NCBI GenBank assembly: GCA_946408995.1
Contig: CAMJUL010000007.1
Coordinates: 17 to 64,016 of the forward strand
DNA from: an uncultured Clostridia bacterium
GTDB lineage: Bacteria > Bacillota > Clostridia > Christensenellales > Aristaeellaceae
DNA: 64,000 nt
Direction: 5' to 3'
The notes under the pieces are model-generated. The model had not been told where the DNA came from. It made no database searches and saw nothing but the letters and a program-made list of their open reading frames with translations. Made by a program: the position numbers and the translations under genes. The first letter of the stretch is position 1; the number at the start of each line of letters is the position of its first letter. Below are positions 46,618 to 55,209 of the stretch, in pieces.

Positions 46618-47058
46618 AAATACGCCTCGTAAATAAACAAGCGATTTTGGAAAAAGCATTGTGTCTTTGCCGTCTGCTGCAGTCCGGGCTCTTTCAGGCT
46701 GAACGGCGGACACGGGAGGGCAACATCGCCAGGCTGGATCCCGGAACGGAAAAGCGTCAGCACGCTTCAGGAAGGAAGGGCTGTATCAAGGGCAGGGGAG
46801 CCCCTTTTTGGCAGACGATAAAGCGGGGAGCAAAGAGGAGAAAAAAGAAGATCCCTTTTCTGCGTATCGTAGAGCCATCTGCGGATCTTGCCGGCGTCCC
46901 CGCAGGGAAAGAAACAGGCGTTGAACAGACGGCTGCGGTCCATCAGGTGTAGGCCAAGAGATCAGCAAAGGAAAGGAAGTGCGGAAGGGGGAGCAAAAGA
47001 GGAGTCCTTGAGCCGTGAGGCCTGACAAAGAGCACGGTTTCCATTGGGTGAAAAGGGA

Positions 47059-47358
47059 TCATGGCTCAATACTGAGAATGTCCACAATACCCGTTGCTTC
47101 AAAGATTTCCATGATTTCAAGGGGAACAATCCGGATGACCTGCTGCCCAGACAGTTCATGGCCTTCTGGGCGGAAAGCAGCACCTGAAGGCCGGCAGAAG
47201 AAAGATAGACCAAGCTTTTCGGGTCAAAAACCGGATTTTACGATGCGGGATAGAGATGCGCGAAGCGCTTCCTCAAGCTGTGGGGCCGTGCTGGTGTCAA
47301 GCCTTCCTTCCGGTTCAATGACAAGAGCGTTCTCTTCCTGCTTTTTCTTGCTCTCCAT
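47059..47358 (-). pseudogene. STAS-domain anti-sigma-factor antagonist (SpoIIAA/RsbV-like) with two frameshifts
   Basis: My own translation gives three segments in three frames. They are MESKKKQEENALVIEPEGRLDTSTAPQLEEALRASLSRIVKSG, then FDPKSLVYLSSAGLQVLLSAQKAM, then ELSGQQVIRIVPLEIMEIFEATGIVDILSIEP. The switches are near 47226-47230 and 47155-47165. Confidence 0.55.
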
Positions 47359-47584
47359 GATTGTATCCCTGCAGTTTTAATTTGCTGCTTTAGCGGGATC
47401 CATCGGGCGGGACAGCCCGGTCCGCCGGGAAATGCCGTTCATGAGAGTTCCCTGTGTATTCAATACGCGGGGATTATACCACAGGACCTGTATATATACA
47501 AGCGGGTATATGATGCACCGGATAGGGCAGCGCGGGATTGCGTGCGGAAATCCTCCTTGCCTCAAAGAACCGCAAACTGAAGGA

Positions 47585-47614
47585 ATGGTAAGAAATGTAA
47601 TGGTAAGAAATGTA
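47585..47614. repeat. Perfect tandem duplication of a 15-nt unit (ATGGTAAGAAATGTA x2)
   Basis: Read directly. It is followed by the inverted repeat ATTGTTA-N8-TAACAAT at 47614-47635. Confidence 0.85.
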
Positions 47615-47658
47615 ATTGTTACGTTATTATAACAATGCTTTCGGAAAAGAATAGATTC

Positions 47659-47687
47659 TTGAAAAAAATGCCGGAATGGATTATAAT
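47659..47687 (+). promoter_or_regulatory. Sigma-70-type promoter for the polysaccharide locus
   Basis: TTGAAA-N17-TATAAT in an AT-rich region, about 180 nt upstream of ATG 47868. Confidence 0.5.
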
Positions 47688-47867
47688 AAATTGATTGTAT
47701 GGTAAGGTGGATTAGACTTCCTGTACAATGTATTTTTATCCTTTTTAATGTATGGCTCATACGGGCATTTGTTCGGGATACACACGGGGTCCGCGAAGGG
47801 GGATCACAGAGATCGATCCGACTGTGAACGCTTTTCGCCGGTTCCACGGATGGAGGATGCATCGCGA

Positions 47868-49283
47868 ATGAAAAAAAGCATTGATCTTGGCAAGCTGATG
47901 CTTTTTATTCTGAAAAACAGCTGGCTCGTTATTCTTTGCGCAGCCATCTGCTTTGGTGTCATGTACTGGCGCACTGCCAGCAGGCAGGTGGATACCTATA
48001 CGGCTTCCGGCACCATGTATGTATACAACGGCAACCCGAATCTGGTCAATTATCAGTATACAAGTACTTCCGATCTGAACAGCGCCATTCAGCTTCTGGA
48101 CACCTATTCGGTGGTCGTCAGGAGCAACAAGGTCCTGGATGCCGTGGCCGAGCGGCTCAGTGCGGATTATCCGGGAATTACCCCTGAATTTATCAACTCC
48201 ACCCTTTCCATGGGTTCTGTATCGGATACCGGCGTGATGCGGATCAGCTGCACGTCCACCGCGGCCCAGCTTTCTGCGGACATCTGCAACGCCGTTTTGG
48301 ACGTGGCGCCCGCGGAGATCATCCGTGTGGTCAATGCCGGCGGAATCGAAATTATCGATTACGCCGCAGTTCCGGAATCGCCCAACAGTCGGAACCCGAT
48401 GATGAAGGGAGCTATCGGAGGCCTTGCCGGTGCGGTGCTGGCGGCTGGGGTGCTCAGCGTTTTGTTTCTTGTGAACCAAAGGGTCGGCTCCGCCAAGGAA
48501 CTGACGGACAGCTATACCCCGCCGGTGCTGGCGGAGGTTTGCCTGGACAAACGGAAAAACGATCAGAACGGGCATTTTTTGCTGACGGCCCAAAGCCCCA
48601 TGGAGATCACGGAAAGCTACGCAAAGCTTCGCATGAACCTTTCCTACACCCTGGTCGGGAAGAACAGCCGTGCTGTCATGATCACCAGCTCCATTTCCGG
48701 GGAGGGGAAATCCACCATCGCGGCCAACCTGGCCATTTCCTGCGCCCTGAGCGGGCGAAAAGTGCTTCTGGTGGACGCGGATATGCGCCGGGCCTGTCAA
48801 AAGGACCTGTTCATGCTGGAGGACGGGCTTCCGGGACTGTCTGATGTGCTTGCAGGCAGCTTCAGATGGCAGGATGTCATCCTGCCTCAGGCGGAACGGG
48901 GGATCGACCTGCTTCCTGCCGGGCATATCCCTCCCAACCCCGCGGAACTTCTGGAATCCGGGGAGATGGAACGGCTGCTGGGCGAGCTGGCCGGGGCGTA
49001 TGATCTGATCCTGGTGGATTCCCCTCCGATCAACATCGTATCGGACCCGGTGGCACTGGCAAACAAGGTTGCCGGCGCGTTGTTTGTGGTGCGGCAGGGG
49101 GTTTCCGAACACCGGGAGATACGCCAGGCGCTCAATACGGCCGAGCTGGTCAACCTGAACCTGCTGGGCTTTATCTTCTATGCAAACAATCCCCGCAAAG
49201 GCTCCTATTACAGCAAAAAATACTACAAGTATTATCACCAGTACGACAAAAGAGGCCAGGACCAACAGAAAGGAAACGTTTGA
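47868..49283 (+). CDS. Fused chain-length-regulator (Wzz/CpsC-like) and BY-tyrosine-kinase (CpsD/Wzc-like) protein
   Basis: Start at ATG 47868 (GGAGG upstream). N-terminal TM, Wzz-like domain and second TM, then Walker A SGEGKST, Walker A' VLLVDADMRR, Walker B LILVDSPP, and the C-terminal Tyr cluster SYYSKKYYKYYHQY. Confidence 0.85.
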   Translation: MKKSIDLGKLMLFILKNSWLVILCAAICFGVMYWRTASRQVDTYTASGTMYVYNGNPNLVNYQYTSTSDLNSAIQLLDTYSVVVRSNKVLDAVAERLSADYPGITPEFINSTLSMGSVSDTGVMRISCTSTAAQLSADICNAVLDVAPAEIIRVVNAGGIEIIDYAAVPESPNSRNPMMKGAIGGLAGAVLAAGVLSVLFLVNQRVGSAKELTDSYTPPVLAEVCLDKRKNDQNGHFLLTAQSPMEITESYAKLRMNLSYTLVGKNSRAVMITSSISGEGKSTIAANLAISCALSGRKVLLVDADMRRACQKDLFMLEDGLPGLSDVLAGSFRWQDVILPQAERGIDLLPAGHIPPNPAELLESGEMERLLGELAGAYDLILVDSPPINIVSDPVALANKVAGALFVVRQGVSEHREIRQALNTAELVNLNLLGFIFYANNPRKGSYYSKKYYKYYHQYDKRGQDQQKGNV

Positions 49284-49297
49284 AGGAGTCTGTAAAC

Positions 49298-52200
49298 ATG
49301 AGGGAAAAAGCGGGAAAATGGATTTTGCTCCTTCTGCTGACGCTGTGTCTGTCCAGCTGCTTTGTTTGGTCGGCTTTGGCCGAAAACGTTTTCGCCCTTA
49401 CTCTGCCCACAGTTACCGAAACGGACTGCGTTTGGGACGGGGAAGGGAACCTGATCAGCGAGACGGCGCATGACCTTTCCGGCGCGCCGGCGCTGAATCA
49501 GAGGGGCTTCTTCAGAGGCGAGTATACCTGGGACGCTCACGGAGATCTTCTCTCGGAGCGGTACTACGGGCTGAACGGAGAGCCTGTCGTGACGGACGCC
49601 GGCTATGCCTGGGCGGAATATACCTATTATATTGATTCCGATGATGTCGCCCATGTGCTGACGGTGGACCGGTACGCCGCGGACGGATCCCGGGCGGAGG
49701 TGCCGGGCAGCTACAGCTACCGCAGAGACGCCTACCAGGACGATATGCTTTTGTACAGCGAATACTTTGATGCTGCGGGACAGTATACCCGGCCCACCGG
49801 CGGATATGCCCGTATCCTAGTGGATCATCAAAACGTCGGGAGCGTGCTCCGGCTGACTTTCCGGTACCTGGACGCGGACGGAAGTCCGCTGATCGGGCCG
49901 GACGGCGGGGCCGTGATGGTTTCGGAATATACCTACTGCTATATGACAGAAGACGGGGAAAAGGTGTTTCTGGACCCGAGAACAGCGGATCCGGAGGACC
50001 CGCTCTGGGGGCTGGAGCTGGATACGGAAAAACGGCTGGGCGTCAAGAAGCACTGGCTGCTCCTCTCCCGGGAGATCTTTGGGAAGGACGGTTCCCCTAC
50101 CCTGGGCACCCACCATTTCCACCGCCAGAAAAACACCTATGACGCGCATTACAATCTCGTCCGTACGGACTATTTCGGGGTGGAGGAAGAGCCTGTGATG
50201 GCGACCACCGGGTATGCCTCCATCGTGAATACCTACGACTCCATCGACCGGCTGATCCAGGTGGATTATCTGGACCGGCAAGGGGCTTTGGTTAAGATGG
50301 TCAACGGCTACGCCAGGATCAAATATGCGTATTATGGAAGTACCGATGTCCTTCACTACGAATGGTATTTTGGCGCGGACGGCATGCGCACCATGCGTAC
50401 GGAAGGTTATTCCATGGCGGAGCACGAATACAATGGCCCGGACTATGATTACCGCATTACCTATTACGACATCATCGACGAATACACCATGATGGATCAG
50501 GGCTTTGCCCGGATCGAATACAAGTTTTACGGGCAGCGGGGCTACAGGGAGAACAGCGGCACCTGGATTCTCCGTCTGGCGGATATCCTGTGGGAAAAGT
50601 ATTATGGCGTGGATATGCGCCTGATCCAGACCAAGGCCCATTACGCGGGGTACCTCAATGATTACAACGGGAACGGGCAGGTCATCAGGACCACCTATAT
50701 GGACGAAAACTGGGTCCCTGTCCGCAATGATGAAAAGCAGTTCGCGATCATCGAATATCAGTACAAGGGCACCCGGAAGGACGACCCACCTGTATACGAA
50801 GCGTATTTTGATGAAATGCATGTTCCCTGCGAGGGGATCACAGGGGCCTACGCCCGTTCCATGGTCTATGGCGGGCCCAAGGAAAACCTGCTGTTTGAGG
50901 AATGCTTCTTTGACGCCAATGGGGGGAAAACCGTAAGCATTGAGAACAATGCCCATCGGGTGACGTATTATTACAGCGGCAACCTGTCCGGGGGCGAGCT
51001 GGTACAGACCCGCGTATGCTATTACGACGTGGACGGCAGTCCCATCGGCAACCATGTCGGGGTCGCCGCCATGTACAGGGAGTACAGGCATGACGGCGGG
51101 CTTCTGTGGGAAATGGCTTTCGACAAGGACGGGAAGCTGACCGTATCCGGCAGCCATGCCGCTGCCCAGCTGCACACATATGATTACGCCGGCCAGGCGA
51201 ACTGGGATGTGTTCTTTGGGACGGACGGCCTGCCGGTGACCCACAAGGCGGGGTATTCCGCCGTGGCCTATCGGCACGATTTGGACGGAAATATCACGGA
51301 AACGACCTATTACAACGCCGAAGGGGATCCTGCGGCTGTTTCCGGCAGGGCAAGGATCGTCAGGACCTATGACGACAGCCACCGCGTTGTCTATGAGGCC
51401 TATTATGGGACGGATCTGAAGCCTGTGCGGGTGGATACAGGGTATGCTGCAAGGCGCATTGAACGGGACAGCCGGACAGGACTCCTTACCCGTGAGGCCT
51501 TTTATGACGAAAACGACAAGCCCGTCCAGCTTTCCAGCGGCTATTCGTCCTATATCGTTGAATATGACCTGAACAGGGTCCGGACCAAAGTCGCGTACTA
51601 TGATGTGAACGGGAATCCGGTCGCGCCTCCGTCTGTCCGCTACGCCTGGTATGAGCGGCAAACGGACGAACACGGAAACATCCTGGAGGAAGCCTATTAC
51701 AACCCGGACGGCAGCCTGATCGTCAACCGGGACGGCTATTCCGTGACGGTGATGACCTATGACGTCAACGATTATCGGACCAGCGTTACCTATCTGGATA
51801 CCGCCCGGAAACCGGTGCTTACTGCCTTGGGCTATGCCCGGGTGGAAGAGACCTACGACGCCCACGGGAACCAGCTCAGCGCGGCGTATTTTGACGCTGC
51901 CCTGAAGCCGATGGTTCTTCAGGAGGGATGGCATCGGGTCCTCTATGCGTGGGATCCCGAGAACCGCAAGCTGTCCGAGGCCTATTTCGATGCGCAGGGG
52001 ATGCCCGTTGAATGTCCCTTTGGGTATGCCTCCTTCGCGAGGGAATATGATACAAACGGCAATCTGATCCGTGAGGTGTATTACGGGACCGATGGCCGCG
52101 TCACCAATGTGACGGCCGGCGCTGCCCTGATGGAGCGGGAGTATGATACCCGGAACCGTCTTCTGAGCGAAAGGTATTATGACGAAACAGGCCTCCCCTT

Positions 52201-55192
52201 GATGCTCAGGGGGGATTACGCGGCGGTCGAGTATGCCTATGACGGGTTTGACAACGTCATCCGTGAAGCGTACTTTGACGCCGACGGGAACGGCGTCGTT
52301 TCTTCCAAGGGGTTTGCCCTGATGGAACGCGTCTATGACGCGTCCGAGAACCTGCTTTCGGAGCAGTATACAGACGCCCAGGGTCATTTGCTGGTGCAGA
52401 AATCAGGATACGCGAAGCTTGTTCAGACCTGGGACACCCACGGAAACCTGACCACCCAGGCCTGGTACGGTTCAGATGGAATGCCTCTTTTGCAGGATGG
52501 CGGCTACGCGTATATCGAATATCGGTATGACGCCCACGGGAACTGCCTCAGCCAGCGCTGGTATGAGCGTGAAGGGAAAGCGGCGACCCTCGCCGGCGGG
52601 TATGACCGCAAGGATTACTCCTATGACGCGTCCAACAACAGGATCCTGGAGGTTTATTACCTTGAGGGTCAGATTGTCACGATCGATGAGGGGTACGCGG
52701 CCAGGCGGTTTGACTATGACAGCATGAACCGGGTCGTCAAGGAGTCCCTCCTGGGCAGACAGCTGGGCCGGGTGATGGGAAAAAGAGGCTATTCGGCGAT
52801 CCAGTATATTTATGACTATGCAGGGCACACCCTTCAGGTCCGGTATCTGGACAGCCTGGATCATCTGGTGCGGCTTCCGGAGGGCTTCAGCGTATGGCAG
52901 CGGGAATATGATCAGTACGGACATGTTATCCTGGAGCAGTACCTGGACGAAAAGGAGCGGATCGCGTCCCTTACCAACCGCTCTCCTGTGATCCGCAGGA
53001 CATATGACGGCCGCGGGAATCTTCTCCGCCAGGAATACCTGACCGCGGCGCTCCAGCCTTGGGAACTGCATTTTGGATACGCAACCCTTGTATATACCTA
53101 TGACGACCAGGACAGACAGACCAGCGTGACCTATCTGGATGCCAAGGACCTGCCGGTGCTGATGTCTGAGGGGTATGCGGCCATCCGGTATGAATATGGC
53201 ACGCAGGGGAAGGCCTGGCGGGTAACGTATCTGGACACCGCCGAGCAGCCCACCCTGAACAAGGACGGTTATGCCGTCGCCGTGTATACCTACGACGAAA
53301 ACCTGTACCTGACCTATATCGAATACCAGGATGACTCCTATCAGCGCACTTATCTGTATGACGGATATTCCGCCATCCGGCGGACCGTGGATAAAAACGG
53401 GGACATCCTGACAGAGACGTATCTGGACAATGACGATCTTCCCGTTCCCCGCGCCCAGGGCTATGCCATGATCCGTAATACCTGGGACGACAGACAGCGG
53501 AGGATCCGGCTGGAATATCTGGATACGGAAGGCCTTCCGGTCATGATGGAGGGCAGCTACTGCGCCATCGGATACGCTTATGACAACAGTGACAACCTGA
53601 TCCGCCGGTCTTATTACGGCAAGAACGGGCAGCTGACCTGGGGACGCTTTGGCTACAGTGAGATCGTTTATACCTTCAATGCCAGGAATTTCTGCGTAGC
53701 GGAGCAGCTTTTGAACATTCAGGGTCAGCACGCCATCCATTCAAGTTACTATTATTCCTCCCTTCAGCGGGACGTGGATCCGGATGGCAAGATCCTCTCG
53801 GTCCGCTATTATGACGCGGGCGGAAATCCGGTGCTGTATCAGAACGATTATTATGAGGTGCGGTATACCTACGACCTGGCCGCAAGGGAAACGGCCGTTA
53901 GTTACTATGACCGCAGCGGCGTTCTCAGCAAGGGGACCCGCGGCTTTGCCACCCGGACAAGGGAATACAACGACCTGGGCCTTGTTACTCGCGAGGCGTA
54001 TTTTGACGGGAATGGAAACCTTTGCAACACCGTCGACGGCTACGCGCTTACAGTGTACACCTATGACGAACTTGGGAATATGACCTCTGAGCGCCACTAC
54101 GATACCCTGTTCCTGGGGGTGACGCCTACAGGCTCGCTTTACGCGTATGTCAAAAAAGCCTACGATGAGGAGGGCCGCGTTGTCAGCGAGGAATATCTTG
54201 ACGATTTCGACCGCTATGTCCTGAACGAAGACGGATACGCCGCCCATTTTATCAGCTACAATGAAAATGGTCGGATCGCGGAGGAGTATTATCTGGACAA
54301 TTACCATCAACCGGTCAACGTGGGCGGGTTCAGCCGCAGGACCCTGGTCCGCGAAAATGAGGCGGACAGGACCTATACCATGCGGGAGGAGCTTTTGGAT
54401 CCCCTTGAGGGTGAAGTGGTCTCCATTACCGAACAAACCTATAACCATTACGACCGTGCGGTGGAGACCCGTTATCTGGACAAAAACGGGCAGATGACCA
54501 CCGGGGCCGAAGGCTGCGGCATCGTGCGGAGAGAGTATACCGGCAGGGGAGCGGTTTCCCTGGAACTGTACCTGAATGAAAAGGAAGAACCGGTCGCCGT
54601 GAATGGGGTCTATGGCGTCCGGAGGGATTACAACGCTTACGGAAATCTGGCGCTTGAAACCTGGCTGGACCGGGACGGCAACGCCGCAACGACCCTGAAC
54701 GGATACGCTGCCATCCGGTACGACTATGATCTGAGCAATTCCGAACGGGTCGAGAAATACTTTCAATACTATCTAGACACGGCGGGAAACCGCTGCGCCG
54801 CAAAGAACGGCGCGTGGGGGGTCAGTACCCTGTATTATCCCGTGACCTTGGTGCGGGTCATCACCTTCATCGATCGGGACGACAATCCCATCACCACAAC
54901 CGACGGATACGCCATTATGGAATATGAAGAGGATCAAAACGGCAATCACGTCTGGGAAGGCTATTATGACGCACGCCATGCACAGGTCAATTGCAGCGAA
55001 GGCTATTCCAGCGTGGAACGCTCCTTTGACAGCCGGGGACGGGTCATCAGCGAACGGTATCTGGACCGTTACAACAAACTGACAAATAACGCCGATGGGG
55101 TGGCCGGGTGGACCGGGTACTATAATGACGACGGAACCCTTGTGATCACCAGCCGGTATGACAAGGACCGCAGGCAGCTGCCCAAGGAATAA
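49298..55192 (+). CDS. Giant secreted protein (1964 aa) made almost entirely of 32-residue tandem repeats (YD-like motif), function unknown
   Basis: ATG 49298 lies 9 nt after GAAGGAG. Signal peptide/lipobox MREKAGKWILLLLLTLCLSSCFVWSALA. The repeating unit is G-Y-A-x5-Y-D-x2-G-N-x4-E-x-Y-x-D-x2-G-x-P-V, with a strict 32-aa period over long runs. Confidence 0.85.
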   Translation: MREKAGKWILLLLLTLCLSSCFVWSALAENVFALTLPTVTETDCVWDGEGNLISETAHDLSGAPALNQRGFFRGEYTWDAHGDLLSERYYGLNGEPVVTDAGYAWAEYTYYIDSDDVAHVLTVDRYAADGSRAEVPGSYSYRRDAYQDDMLLYSEYFDAAGQYTRPTGGYARILVDHQNVGSVLRLTFRYLDADGSPLIGPDGGAVMVSEYTYCYMTEDGEKVFLDPRTADPEDPLWGLELDTEKRLGVKKHWLLLSREIFGKDGSPTLGTHHFHRQKNTYDAHYNLVRTDYFGVEEEPVMATTGYASIVNTYDSIDRLIQVDYLDRQGALVKMVNGYARIKYAYYGSTDVLHYEWYFGADGMRTMRTEGYSMAEHEYNGPDYDYRITYYDIIDEYTMMDQGFARIEYKFYGQRGYRENSGTWILRLADILWEKYYGVDMRLIQTKAHYAGYLNDYNGNGQVIRTTYMDENWVPVRNDEKQFAIIEYQYKGTRKDDPPVYEAYFDEMHVPCEGITGAYARSMVYGGPKENLLFEECFFDANGGKTVSIENNAHRVTYYYSGNLSGGELVQTRVCYYDVDGSPIGNHVGVAAMYREYRHDGGLLWEMAFDKDGKLTVSGSHAAAQLHTYDYAGQANWDVFFGTDGLPVTHKAGYSAVAYRHDLDGNITETTYYNAEGDPAAVSGRARIVRTYDDSHRVVYEAYYGTDLKPVRVDTGYAARRIERDSRTGLLTREAFYDENDKPVQLSSGYSSYIVEYDLNRVRTKVAYYDVNGNPVAPPSVRYAWYERQTDEHGNILEEAYYNPDGSLIVNRDGYSVTVMTYDVNDYRTSVTYLDTARKPVLTALGYARVEETYDAHGNQLSAAYFDAALKPMVLQEGWHRVLYAWDPENRKLSEAYFDAQGMPVECPFGYASFAREYDTNGNLIREVYYGTDGRVTNVTAGAALMEREYDTRNRLLSERYYDETGLPLMLRGDYAAVEYAYDGFDNVIREAYFDADGNGVVSSKGFALMERVYDASENLLSEQYTDAQGHLLVQKSGYAKLVQTWDTHGNLTTQAWYGSDGMPLLQDGGYAYIEYRYDAHGNCLSQRWYEREGKAATLAGGYDRKDYSYDASNNRILEVYYLEGQIVTIDEGYAARRFDYDSMNRVVKESLLGRQLGRVMGKRGYSAIQYIYDYAGHTLQVRYLDSLDHLVRLPEGFSVWQREYDQYGHVILEQYLDEKERIASLTNRSPVIRRTYDGRGNLLRQEYLTAALQPWELHFGYATLVYTYDDQDRQTSVTYLDAKDLPVLMSEGYAAIRYEYGTQGKAWRVTYLDTAEQPTLNKDGYAVAVYTYDENLYLTYIEYQDDSYQRTYLYDGYSAIRRTVDKNGDILTETYLDNDDLPVPRAQGYAMIRNTWDDRQRRIRLEYLDTEGLPVMMEGSYCAIGYAYDNSDNLIRRSYYGKNGQLTWGRFGYSEIVYTFNARNFCVAEQLLNIQGQHAIHSSYYYSSLQRDVDPDGKILSVRYYDAGGNPVLYQNDYYEVRYTYDLAARETAVSYYDRSGVLSKGTRGFATRTREYNDLGLVTREAYFDGNGNLCNTVDGYALTVYTYDELGNMTSERHYDTLFLGVTPTGSLYAYVKKAYDEEGRVVSEEYLDDFDRYVLNEDGYAAHFISYNENGRIAEEYYLDNYHQPVNVGGFSRRTLVRENEADRTYTMREELLDPLEGEVVSITEQTYNHYDRAVETRYLDKNGQMTTGAEGCGIVRREYTGRGAVSLELYLNEKEEPVAVNGVYGVRRDYNAYGNLALETWLDRDGNAATTLNGYAAIRYDYDLSNSERVEKYFQYYLDTAGNRCAAKNGAWGVSTLYYPVTLVRVITFIDRDDNPITTTDGYAIMEYEEDQNGNHVWEGYYDARHAQVNCSEGYSSVERSFDSRGRVISERYLDRYNKLTNNADGVAGWTGYYNDDGTLVITSRYDKDRRQLPKE

Positions 55193-55209
55193 AAGGAAAG
55201 GACGCGAAC

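Noticed and set aside
46618-47058. The 440-bp gap between the STAS gene and the MATE fusion as a hidden gene (for example a decayed PP2C phosphatase) or a structured RNA
   Set aside because: The ORFs there (about 80 aa) have no recognisable motifs, and I could not identify any conserved RNA structure by eye. The region is left unannotated.
44236-47614. The short tandem repeats at 44236-44290 and 47585-47614 as CRISPR-like arrays
   Set aside because: There are only 2-2.4 directly abutting copies, with no spacers and no cas genes anywhere in the window.
47757-49265. 502-aa ORF on the minus strand
   Set aside because: It is a mirror of the BY-kinase gene, which has clear Walker motifs and a Tyr cluster. 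The antisense product has no features.
49817-54766. Long minus-strand ORFs (856, 422 and 341 aa) across the repeat-protein gene
   Set aside because: They are antisense to the 1964-aa repeat gene. The periodic codon composition of the repeats suppresses stops on the opposite strand. The translations are Pro/Gly/Val/Ile-rich and carry no signal sequence or motifs.
49298-55192. Reading the giant repeat protein as an RHS/YD polymorphic toxin
   Set aside because: The repeat period is 32 residues rather than about 20-21. I see no RHS core-terminating PxxxxDPxGL-type motif, no distinct C-terminal toxin domain and no downstream immunity-like small gene. The next gene is the LCP ligase.
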